NCBI GenBank assembly: GCA_017454005.1
Contig: JAFTDU010000007.1
Coordinates: 19,522-83,521, forward strand
DNA: 64,000 nt
DNA from: Desulfovibrionaceae bacterium
GTDB lineage: Bacteria > Desulfobacterota > Desulfovibrionia > Desulfovibrionales > Desulfovibrionaceae
Reading direction: 5' to 3'
Part shown: in pieces, positions 37,937 through 47,916 of the stretch
How positions within the stretch are numbered: position 1 is the first letter of the stretch
Layout: each line of letters opens with the position of its first letter
Position numbers and translations under genes: made by a program
Notes under the pieces: generated by a model
The model's input: the letters and a program-made list of their open reading frames with translations, nothing else
What the model was told of the DNA's origin: nothing
Database searches by the model: none

Positions 37937-39037
37937 TCACATAAAAAATTTATATTGAACTTTTTTCACAATATCACGAAGATATTTTTGTACTGATGTT
38001 AATTGGAATTTACCATTTACAGTATCTAAAATAGCTTGAGCGGCAATTTTAGAATTATTACTGTTACATTTTTTAAATAATTCATTAATCAATTGAACAT
38101 TTAATTTGTCTTTTGCCACCTGGAACAACGATTTAATATTAGAGCAAGTTAATAAATTAGGTGCACCTATGGACGGTCCCAAAATACTGCGTTTGTTTAT
38201 TTCTATGCTATCCTTATCAAGTTTTGGGCTATTAAAAATATCTTTTAAGTCTAGCAAAATAATTGGTATCTTGCAGTATAACGCATCAAATATGGCACCA
38301 CTATAATCTGAAATCATGAGATCAGTTACTGTTAATAAAGAATATATATCATCATTTGCGCCAAAAATTTTTATATTTTTCTTATTTTTTATTTCTTTGC
38401 ATTTATTTTCGATTATGTCGGAATTATGATGTATTTTTAGCATTAGATTAAAGTCATCGGAAAGTTTTATAATATTGTCTAAATATAAATCTATGCTAGA
38501 GATTTCTCCCCATGTTGGAGCATATAAAATTGTTTTTTTATTAGGATCTAAATATTGACTTAATTGTTTTTTATTATCGGCTTGAAATATTGCACTCTCC
38601 CAATTATCGTGCTCAGGATTTCCTGATTCTACAACTGGAGAAAAATATTGAAGCTTTTGTGTAGCATAAGGGCCATAAGAAAGATTTAAGTCGGCTAATG
38701 AACGCCAGGCTCCATAATTATGAGGTTCTTTAGCATATCCATATTGTAAAAAAACAATTTTAGAATTAGAAATTTGTTGTATACCAGGAAAAACAGTTTG
38801 AGCAACAATTACGTCAAATTTATTATCTAAAAATTTTGTCAAACCTTTCTTCACAACAATTGTTGGGTTATTATAATCTTCAAAAAAAGTGGTGGGGAAA
38901 GTAGGCAAATTTCCATTTTGTCTGTCTTCAATAATTCTAAATGCACCAGGAAAGAGGTTTATAATATTATTAAAATGTCTGAATTGAAATGGATTCCAAC
39001 CAATAAAAGCGATCCTTATATCACTGTATGTTTTCAT
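37937..39037 (-). CDS. CDP-glycerol glycerophosphotransferase (TagB/TagF family)
   Basis: ILYAPTW, LKIHH, MISDYSGAIFD. Confidence 0.85.
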   Translation of the reverse strand: MKTYSDIRIAFIGWNPFQFRHFNNIINLFPGAFRIIEDRQNGNLPTFPTTFFEDYNNPTIVVKKGLTKFLDNKFDVIVAQTVFPGIQQISNSKIVFLQYGYAKEPHNYGAWRSLADLNLSYGPYATQKLQYFSPVVESGNPEHDNWESAIFQADNKKQLSQYLDPNKKTILYAPTWGEISSIDLYLDNIIKLSDDFNLMLKIHHNSDIIENKCKEIKNKKNIKIFGANDDIYSLLTVTDLMISDYSGAIFDALYCKIPIILLDLKDIFNSPKLDKDSIEINKRSILGPSIGAPNLLTCSNIKSLFQVAKDKLNVQLINELFKKCNSNNSKIAAQAILDTVNGKFQLTSVQKYLRDIVKKVQYKFFM

Positions 39038-40412
39038 ACAAAGTCCATAAAAATCATAAGTATTAATAGAAAAGAAAAATAGTAAGACTTTTTAAGTAAA
39101 TTAGACATTGCCAGTAAACAAAAACAACAAGTCCGTTATGGCTGTTGACAGAATATATTAAAGCTTACAGGAGATCAAGATATACTTGATGGTGAATTGT
39201 TAACTAAAAATCAACATTGGTCGATGTAATAATGACTTAGATAATATGCTATAACATAATGATATTGTAAGATATATTATTATAAGTATTTGTATAGATG
39301 TACTCTACATGTATATCGTTTGCAGTGAATAAAAGTTATTATAAGCTGATTATTAGAGCAAGTGATAGGATATATAATATATATCAAACCTCCGCGAAAT
39401 ATATTATGAAAGTATTGTATTAGTTTATCTTATGTTTTATATGTGATGGTCGAGATTTATATTGAATAAGGAGGCAATATATAAACGGGTTTGCCTATTT
39501 TGATTATACACACAACAAGCTACTTTAGATTTCATCTATTGTGAGTGCAATCTAAAACGAAGTATTCTTAGATAAGCAGCTGTTTAAAAATTCTTTTGGG
39601 CGCATTTGAGCATACTAACATAACTTTAGCATTAGCTTAAAATAAGCATTATACGGTATTCTCGACATTTAGTAGTCGAGTGATCTATGGGCAAATAAAG
39701 TTTATTGATGACGGTTAGACTTTTATAACATTAGTTAAATGTACTAGAACATGAGGATGTAATAGTTTTTTGTGTGATTCATATAATAAGGAGCTAAATA
39801 TATTACTATTTTATTAATATATTTTCTATTTTGCGATTACAAAAATAAAGTACTATGTATGAAATGGTATTACGAAACGCATTGTCTTTAGTGAAACACG
39901 ATTTTTGGAATATGGAATGCGTGATTCTTTGTTTAATCATGTGCATTGAACTAGATAAATCTACTCAGTAACACAAAATATGATTTATGATTAAATTCTA
40001 TTATTGAATTCTGTTATTTACAATATCATATATCATATATCATATATTTATATAACTCATGTATTAATAATAAAAAGATAATAAGATGATAATAAAAAAT
40101 ATAACTGCTTGATGTATGATCTAGTATAATTAATTTTAGAATTATGCAAAAACCTTGATTTAATTTACAAATTAATTTTATTATTTTTTATTTAGCATTT
40201 TATTAAATGCATATGATGACAATTTATTAGTACAATGTAATAATGTTATAAAATACAGTGAATGTTTCTTCTCATTCTATATAGATAACATCAATAAGTT
40301 AATTATATAATATTTTATATTTCATAATAGACATATTATTATAATGAAGTAAAAATACTTGAAATGTTTGAATAACTTTTTCTTCGCTGTATAAAGTTGC
40401 AAATTAAATTAT

Positions 40413-41093
40413 TTAAATATCTTTTGTAATAGACCAAAATTTAGATTTATTTATACATTTTGCATTAGGTTTATAATATGGTTTGTCCCAATTTAGTAAA
40501 GCAGGTTCCCAAGCTATATTTTTTTTTATAATTTTAGCAGGAACTCCAGCTGCTATACAATTATTAGGTATGCACCCTGACACAAAAGAACCGTAACCTA
40601 TTATTGATCCTGATTTAATTATACTACCTTTTGTAATATATACATTTTCACAAAACCAGACGTGATCCTCTATTATAATATCTCGTGAAATATTTAGTCT
40701 TTCTTCAGTTAAGACATCAAATATAGGATGATGATCATGGGTTTTTATGTTGATCCCTGTTGCAAACATGCAATCTTCGCCTATATATATACTGCATCCT
40801 TCAGCGGCAAATAATTTTGCACTTCCGCAAGCTAAGTTATCTTTAATTGTAATTTTACAATCTTCACCTGTTTGAATGTTTAATTTTCCTTTTATTACTT
40901 TTCCTATATTGATTAGTGCGTTGTTGCACAGACAATGTATTTTTAGTTGTGAAACAGTGATTTCACCATTAATATTTATAATGTTGTTTGTAGCGCCGTT
41001 GTGAAATTCTATGTCACATTTAAATGGTGACCCATCGTAGTTAATTTTATTGAGATGATCATCTTCATAATTTGATGCTATTTCTATTTTCAT
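40413..41093 (-). CDS. Hexapeptide-repeat O-acetyltransferase
   Basis: IGEDCMFA, THDHHPI, IEDHVW, IAAGVPAKIIK. Confidence 0.88.
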   Translation of the reverse strand: MKIEIASNYEDDHLNKINYDGSPFKCDIEFHNGATNNIININGEITVSQLKIHCLCNNALINIGKVIKGKLNIQTGEDCKITIKDNLACGSAKLFAAEGCSIYIGEDCMFATGINIKTHDHHPIFDVLTEERLNISRDIIIEDHVWFCENVYITKGSIIKSGSIIGYGSFVSGCIPNNCIAAGVPAKIIKKNIAWEPALLNWDKPYYKPNAKCINKSKFWSITKDI

Positions 41094-41877
41094 ATAACAT
41101 CCTTAATTCTGGTAAGTAATTTAGATACTATATGCTATAAATTTATTATTGTAAAAACTTACAATACTATATTCTTCAAGATAAATATGTAATAATGTTT
41201 TTAAATTACAACAAGTAAGAATACATATGAATTATTGTATAATTAAATTAGTTATTGCTTAACTTATATTAAAAGAACTGATGTGCATTGAAAATACCAC
41301 AAATGTCTATAACGCAATACAGGTTCGTATATAGAACTTTGATTCATATGTTTTTATAACTTTTACAGGGGGGAAATGCATGACAAGAAAAGAAAATCAC
41401 TGTTTATTCAAATAAATATAGTAATAAGTTATATAGTATATAAAATATTATACTCTTCATGTTGTATGAGTTTTATGTGTAACATACAGTTACAGATAAC
41501 TATAGACATATGATTACAAATTTGTTCTTGCAAAATTAATCACAAGCTTTTGAAAATTTCAGAGCAATTTCTAAACAGATGCAAGTTCCGTTTGAGTAAA
41601 CTTTCAACTAGCCTCATTATTTTGCAGAAGACACTATCATCTAGCTAAAACGCTGAGGATATAGTAAGATTAAGGCTTATTGTTCAACACGAATTAAACA
41701 AAGAAATAGTAACATTACATTAATAACTATTACTTTCACTAAAATTATTTTTTATTTTTAGATATTTTACTTATACGTTGTAAAGTAATGAGTCAAAATA
41801 CGGTGAATTGTTACATTATCTAATTAGATTAATGTATTTATATGTGTATATTAAGCATAATAAATAAATCGAGAAAA

Positions 41878-42879
41878 TTAATAGAGATATGAAAAAGTTG
41901 GCAGATTAGTTAGTTGATCAATGTTTTTTAGTGAATCAAAGAATGAGAAAAAATTACTTTTTACCATTGAAGTTAAAAACTCTTCAACCCATTTTTGTTT
42001 TTTGGGTTTAGTAACTAATTTTTTTTCTAATGGTACTTGTGTAACTTCTGAGAGCCATGCATGTGCTTCTTCTTGTGTGCCAATTGCATCTATCAGGCCC
42101 AATTGCAGTGCTTCACGACCTGTAAAAATTCGTCCTGTGGCAAGTTTAGCAACTGCATCGACTTTCATTTTACGCCCTTCAGCAACAATTTCGACAAATT
42201 GAGTATGAATATCTTGTAAAATGCTTTGAAAATAATCTTTTTCTTCTTGCGTTAAAGGTTGTAAATAGGAGCCAGCTGCTTTGTAGCGCCCTGTAACGAG
42301 GGTTTCTTGATCAATTCCCAGTTTATCAAAGAGACCTTTTACTTTTGGAAGATCCATTCTAACGCCTATGGAGCCAGTGATTGTCGAAGCTTGAGCATAG
42401 AGACGTTCGCCGGCCATACTAACCATAAAGCCACCTGAGGCAGCAACTTGGCCCATGCTAACGGCGATTTTTTTATTTTTGCTAATCCTTTTGAGTGCTT
42501 CATAGATTTCTTGGGAGGCTGCTGCACCACCACCAGGGGAATCTACACGCACAAGCACACCCTTGATGTCCTTGCAATACTCAATTTGGCGTATCCATTC
42601 TAACGTCTCTTTGGGATCTAATATTGCGCCGCGTATACTAATGAGCGCTAAGCTAGGTTCAGAGCAGGTGAGAGTTTTAGAGTCTTCATTGGGATGCAAA
42701 AATGATCCTATAAGCAGTACTGCAAGGAGTATAATGGCTCCCCAAAAAAGAAAAGGGTGACGTTTACGCCAGGGTTGCTTGCTCAAGGATTTAAAAAGTT
42801 GTTCCCAAACACTTGCAGGAATATGACTTAATGGGCAAGAAGTATCTTTGTGTGATGAATTGTCTTGCAGTTGCGACAT
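41878..42879 (-). CDS. sppA: Signal peptide peptidase SppA (36K type)
   Basis: RVDSPGG, AASGG, TITGSIGV, GRYK, TGRIFTG. Confidence 0.93.
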   Translation of the reverse strand: MSQLQDNSSHKDTSCPLSHIPASVWEQLFKSLSKQPWRKRHPFLFWGAIILLAVLLIGSFLHPNEDSKTLTCSEPSLALISIRGAILDPKETLEWIRQIEYCKDIKGVLVRVDSPGGGAAASQEIYEALKRISKNKKIAVSMGQVAASGGFMVSMAGERLYAQASTITGSIGVRMDLPKVKGLFDKLGIDQETLVTGRYKAAGSYLQPLTQEEKDYFQSILQDIHTQFVEIVAEGRKMKVDAVAKLATGRIFTGREALQLGLIDAIGTQEEAHAWLSEVTQVPLEKKLVTKPKKQKWVEEFLTSMVKSNFFSFFDSLKNIDQLTNLPTFSYLY

Positions 42880-43003
42880 TGACTGGTTCCCAAAGATTGG
42901 TGTTAATCTATTAAAGAATATGCACTATACTTGCATAAAGAAAATATATATTGGAAACAAAATGAAGAATTTCTGATAATATATTTGATTTGGATATAGA
43001 TTG

Positions 43004-43054
43004 AAGTCAAGAGATCAAAGATAATAATATAGTGCATTCATGATCTCTTGACTT
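43004..43054 (-). terminator. 14-bp inverted repeat just downstream of the oxidoreductase gene
   Basis: AAGTCAAGAGATCA ... TGATCTCTTGACTT. Confidence 0.55.
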
Positions 43055-43059
43055 AAATT

Positions 43060-44793
43060 TTATTGGAGTTTTGTTTCAAGTCCCATTTGCTTAATGGCTT
43101 GCATGCCACCTAAAGCATTGACAACATTAGTTACGCCATGTTTAGCTAACATTAAGAGACTATCATAAGATCGCAATCCAGTGTTGCAGAGGATGGCAAT
43201 TTGGCGATCAGTTGGCACTTCCCTGAAACGATCAGGCAGTTCTTCCAAGGGGAGCATGTGCCATTCTGAATATTTGTCTGCAAGCGCTTTGCCTGCGCCT
43301 TTGGGACGCGCATCAATAAAGAAAATTTGATTAGTCGCGCGTTCTTGCCATAGCTGCACGAATTCTTGGGCTGAAATTGCTTGAAAACGACCCGCTAAGA
43401 CATTATCTGCTACATTTCCGGCCACATTGACTACGTCCATAGCTGCGGCAAATGGTGGAGCATAGCCAACTTCCAGGTTTGAAATCTCTAGTACTGTGGG
43501 TTTAGCGTATTGTAACACGCCTGCGACAGCATCGACGCGAGCTTTAAGGCCTTGAGCGTTTTGACTAGCTCCTTGCATCCCCAAGACCCTGCGTGTACCT
43601 TTTTCGACCACAATTTCTAGAGCCATCATTTCTTTTTCAGGATAAAAATGGGCTCGATCCAATTGTTCTACGCACACGCTAATGGCGTCAAAACCAGCAT
43701 TGCGAGCATGGTCAATGGTGAGTCCTGTAGCAGCAATTGCTAAATCAAACAATTTAATGCACCAGGTGCCCACAAAACCAGGAAAGGTATCCTGACCGCC
43801 AGCTAAATTGGTGCCAATGATGCGCCCTTGGCGATTACTTAAGCTCCCTAGAGGTAAGTAGCCTGGTTTGCCTGTAATAATGTTACGCATGGCTGCGCAA
43901 TCGCCACCAGCATAAATATCAGGATCACTGCTGCGGAGGTATTCATCCACCATTATGGCGCCCCTGGGCCCCATTTCGAGGCCACAGGCTTGGGCGAGCT
44001 CCCCATTGGGAATAAATCCTGCCGCCATGATTACTAGTTGGGCTTTAAGCGTTTGTTTATCGGTCACAACTCCAGCAACTTTGCCGTCTTGACCTATGAT
44101 TTGCAAGGTTTTTTCACCTGTGCAAACTTGAACATTGTGTTGCCGTAAATCGTGCGCGGCCATAAGTCCTAAATTACTTGGTAAGACCTGCCCCATGAGA
44201 TAGTTGCCCATTTCAACTACGCTTACATGGACATCCCACATGTCAGCTAGAGCCACTGCAGCTTCTAGGCCAATAAATCCACCACCAATGATCACAGCGT
44301 CTGTGACATGTCCTTGTTCGCAATTTTGGCGAATTGCTTGTGCATCTTCCAAGTGGGTCAGGGTGAAGACATTTTGTAGGTCAGCGCCAGGGATGGGGAG
44401 AATGCGCGGCCTAGCTCCTGTAGCTAGGACCAATTTGTCATAGGGCAGATCGCTTTCTTGCCCTGTGCCAAGATCCCTTACCCGTACTGTTTTAGCTTTG
44501 CGATCTATGGCAAGGGCCCTGGTGTTATTGCGAACTTGGAACCCCTTCATGCGAGCAAAGAAATCTGGATCGCGTACGACTTGGTAGTTTGTGGAGCGTA
44601 AGGCATCTAAGGCTTGAATTTCACCTGAAACATAATAGGGTAAGCCGCAGCCCCCATAAGAGATAAAGTTATTTTCATCAATAAGAGTGAGATCTGTGTC
44701 AGGATTTAATCGCAGACAGCGACAGCTGGCCTTAGGTCCTAGGGCAACACCGCCAATCACAACCACTTTTTGCTGCATAAACGTTACCTCCAT
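43060..44793 (-). CDS. FAD-dependent CoA-disulfide/persulfide reductase with C-terminal rhodanese domain
   Basis: SYGGCGLPY active Cys, IGGGFIGLE, IYAGGD, YAPPF, and rhodanese ILCNTGLRS. Confidence 0.87.
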   Translation of the reverse strand: MEVTFMQQKVVVIGGVALGPKASCRCLRLNPDTDLTLIDENNFISYGGCGLPYYVSGEIQALDALRSTNYQVVRDPDFFARMKGFQVRNNTRALAIDRKAKTVRVRDLGTGQESDLPYDKLVLATGARPRILPIPGADLQNVFTLTHLEDAQAIRQNCEQGHVTDAVIIGGGFIGLEAAVALADMWDVHVSVVEMGNYLMGQVLPSNLGLMAAHDLRQHNVQVCTGEKTLQIIGQDGKVAGVVTDKQTLKAQLVIMAAGFIPNGELAQACGLEMGPRGAIMVDEYLRSSDPDIYAGGDCAAMRNIITGKPGYLPLGSLSNRQGRIIGTNLAGGQDTFPGFVGTWCIKLFDLAIAATGLTIDHARNAGFDAISVCVEQLDRAHFYPEKEMMALEIVVEKGTRRVLGMQGASQNAQGLKARVDAVAGVLQYAKPTVLEISNLEVGYAPPFAAAMDVVNVAGNVADNVLAGRFQAISAQEFVQLWQERATNQIFFIDARPKGAGKALADKYSEWHMLPLEELPDRFREVPTDRQIAILCNTGLRSYDSLLMLAKHGVTNVVNALGGMQAIKQMGLETKLQ

Positions 44794-45794
44794 CTAAAAT
44801 TTGCGCTTCAAGTTATCAAAATATCAATTTATTTCAATATAGAAATCTGGCACAGTGGGTCTTAACTTAAAAGTTCAGGCCCGATTGCGACAGCTATTGA
44901 CTTTTTGCTTTTTGCTGGCATCTGCTTTAAGATGATAAGCTAAACTGTGTCTTTTGCTGCTTAAGCTCAAAGCGTTTTTTTAGTGCTGGCTAAGGGTCTT
45001 GCGTCACATTCAAGGAGAAAAGCTGTACGCTTTAGAAGTCTGTTTCTAACCTAAAATACGGCTGTTTAGTCTGCTGAATTAGCTTCTGCCTTTCCAGTAG
45101 ACAAAGTGATTTCTTGAAGTGCTCAGTTGGTCACTATATCAGTGGCTCACTGTATTTATTAATGAGCTTGGGTAGAATTGGATATATGAAAATTGTTAAA
45201 TATTCATATTTTAGCACAGTAAACAAAAGCAATAATTTTTATAGAATATTTTTAAAAACAGAATTCTTAAAGACAATGACGCGGAATAGATTCTTATTTT
45301 AGAGTATTCCAAAAAATATTTAGAGAAAACTTTTTTGTTCACTATAATAGCAATTATTAAAAAATAATTAGAATACATATAACAACTTAATAAAAATGCA
45401 GTACAGCGTACGCTAACCAGGTAGAAACTTTTGCATTTCACTATAACAAAAAATATTAACGGTATTTTGTACATACATACTCATCATCTTTGCTTCAACA
45501 TTATACTATATTTCATGTAAGAGATATGTTATCTAAGATAAATATTGTGTCATAATATATGTTAATAAATCAGCTATAATCTGTTTTAGACAATAGGTAA
45601 AAGTATAGTAATTATTTTGTACGATGTTATCGATATTAAAATTATACAGTCTTATTTATAATGTTTGCTTGCAAGACAAATAGTATTATTGCAAAATATT
45701 ATTTGTATTAACTAAATAACGTAGTTATTTGTGTTCAATATTGTTACTTTTAAACAAACCCTAAAATTTTGTTGTGGGTAAATTGGAAACAACA

Positions 45795-46148
45795 ATGCGC
45801 TCAATCTTCATCTTAGTTTTGTTATTAATTTGTATTTCAGCATGTACTGCGAAACATAAAGTCGCTGATTTGCCTAGTACAACTAACGAATATAATCCTT
45901 ACCAAGCTGCAGATGCGCAATTAGCTAAGTTTATTGGCACTTCTCTTGAAGGTGCCACGCAAACTTTTTCTGGCACGCGTTATGGAACAGGTACAGTAAC
46001 TGTTGGACGGAGTTATCATTCAGCATTGAACATTGAGTGTCGTGAAGCTTATATTCAAGGCTCGTTTAGATCTCGTGTCGCTGCGTGCAAAGATGCTCAA
46101 CAAGGTTGGATTCTAGCCCCAGAAATTTTAGGGGAGGGTGCCCTTTAG
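45795..46148 (+). CDS. Small lipoprotein (17-kDa surface-antigen-like) at the head of the kps operon
   Basis: Lipobox ISAC; YHSALNIECRE...AACK..GW motif. Confidence 0.7.
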   Translation: MRSIFILVLLLICISACTAKHKVADLPSTTNEYNPYQAADAQLAKFIGTSLEGATQTFSGTRYGTGTVTVGRSYHSALNIECREAYIQGSFRSRVAACKDAQQGWILAPEILGEGAL

Positions 46149-46150
46149 AA

Positions 46151-47914
46151 ATGACTTCTCAGGAAAAAGCAGAACTTGGGAGCGCAGCTGAAGCAGAGAC
46201 ACATGGTCAAGATGCTCAAAAGTTAAGCAACATACAAGATAAAGTTGAAACAGAGCAGGTAGACAATAAGAGTTGTGGGGCAACCTTGTTAAGTGAATTT
46301 GCCGCACCAGATGCGTCTAAGCAGGCTCCGCTAGAGGTCGGAAGCATTGCACGAGCAAGTACGAGCGAAGAGATTCCAAAAAAAGAAAAACAGGTTGCTG
46401 CAGCCAAAACGCAAGAAGCTTTAACTTTGCAAAAGGATTCTGCTGCTATTGAAACAGCAAAGTTAAAAGCGTCACAGCAATCTATAGAAGCTAAAGCAGA
46501 GCAAGCTAAGCCAAAGCCAAAACCAAAAGCAGCAGCTAAACCAGCGACTAAGCCTGTTGCTAAAGCTACAGCTACGGCTAAAGCTTCAGCTACAACTAAG
46601 CCCCCAGCGAAGCCTGTTGCCAAAAAACTGCCTGCCGCTGGAAATGGCGGTGAGCCGCCGAGACGTCCCCCAGCGCCCATAGAAACGTTATACTTACCAG
46701 AACCAAAGCGTGGTAATACAACTATTGTCATGCCAAGCCATGACTCGACCGAGATCTCCTTGGCCTCAATTGCAATTAGGATTCGAGAGGATGGGTGGCA
46801 CGGAGTCTATCAAGGTTTGTGGGGCAAAAGTTTAGCTAGGCGTCTCATTATGGCAACGGTAGTTTTGCCGACTATTGTGATTTTTCTATATCTCTTGTTT
46901 TTTGCATCACCCGCATATATATCAGAGGCTAAATTTGCAGTGCGCGGGCAATCGACAGCCACGGGCCTTGAAGGTTTTAGCTCTTTATTTAATCTCTCGT
47001 CAACTTCGCAAAATGACTCTTATATAGTACTTAGCTATATCATGTCGTATGATATGTTTTTAAAGCTTGATAAAGCTTTGCATTTAAAAGAGCATTATTC
47101 TGATAAAAAATATGATTGGTGGTTTAGATTATGGCAAAATCCAACCCAAGACGATATTATAACGTTTTGGGAATGGGCATGTGAAGTAAAATATGATCCT
47201 GATACAAGTATTCTTGTTGTACAAGTCAAAGCCTTTGAGCCAGATAAAGCGTTAGCTATTTGTCAAGAAATATTAAAGAATAGCGAAGAGCTTGTGAATA
47301 ACATGAATATTCGTTCAAGAAAAGATGCTATCGCTAAAGCACAGCAAGAGGTTGAACGATCTGAAGAGAGAATTCGTAAAGCACGGCGTGATTTACAAGC
47401 GTATCGAGAAAAAACAGTGATTTTAGATCCTGGAGCCGTTGCTACAGGATTATATAGTGTGGTCAATAAGTTAGAAGATTCTGTGACACAAACTGCTGCT
47501 GAGCTTTCTGAAGCTATGACCTATATGAATAAAGATAGTCCCAGAGTAAAGCAGCTTGAAAACCGTTTAACAGTTCTGCAAAATCAATTGGCGCAAGAGA
47601 AAAAACGTTTAGCTGGTAAAGTCAAAGGTAATGAGTCTTTAAGTGCCCTGTTAAGTGAATTTCAAAATCTATCTCTTGAAGAAGAATTTGCGCAAAAACA
47701 ATTGACAAGTGCGATGACCTCCCTTGAGGCTGCCCGCGTGCAAGCCGATGCGCAATCGCAATATATTGAAGCCTTTGAGCGCCCTGTGCTGGCTGATCAA
47801 TCACTCTATCCCAGGCCAGCTTTATTTGCGTTGTTGTATATGGTTACATCCTTACTTATTTTAGGCCTCGTGTCGTTGATTGTTGCCGCCATACGTGAGC
47901 ATGCAGGAGGTTAA
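46151..47914 (+). CDS. kpsE: Capsule export co-polymerase KpsE/WcbD-like, with long Ala/Lys/Pro-rich N-terminal extension
   Basis: TM-ASPAYISEAKFAVR, VKAFEP, coiled coil, SLYPRP-TM-AIREH. Confidence 0.85.
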   Translation: MTSQEKAELGSAAEAETHGQDAQKLSNIQDKVETEQVDNKSCGATLLSEFAAPDASKQAPLEVGSIARASTSEEIPKKEKQVAAAKTQEALTLQKDSAAIETAKLKASQQSIEAKAEQAKPKPKPKAAAKPATKPVAKATATAKASATTKPPAKPVAKKLPAAGNGGEPPRRPPAPIETLYLPEPKRGNTTIVMPSHDSTEISLASIAIRIREDGWHGVYQGLWGKSLARRLIMATVVLPTIVIFLYLLFFASPAYISEAKFAVRGQSTATGLEGFSSLFNLSSTSQNDSYIVLSYIMSYDMFLKLDKALHLKEHYSDKKYDWWFRLWQNPTQDDIITFWEWACEVKYDPDTSILVVQVKAFEPDKALAICQEILKNSEELVNNMNIRSRKDAIAKAQQEVERSEERIRKARRDLQAYREKTVILDPGAVATGLYSVVNKLEDSVTQTAAELSEAMTYMNKDSPRVKQLENRLTVLQNQLAQEKKRLAGKVKGNESLSALLSEFQNLSLEEEFAQKQLTSAMTSLEAARVQADAQSQYIEAFERPVLADQSLYPRPALFALLYMVTSLLILGLVSLIVAAIREHAGG

Positions 47915-47916
47915 GC

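Noticed and set aside
39626-39680. Faint resemblance to a tracrRNA (TTAAAATAAG plus hairpin)
   Set aside because: Low-complexity AT-rich match, with no cas genes or CRISPR array in the window.
45114-45474. Short ORFs upstream of the kps operon
   Set aside because: AT-rich promoter region; the translations look non-coding.
46216-46731. 171-aa Ala-rich antisense ORF
   Set aside because: It mirrors the low-complexity KpsE extension.
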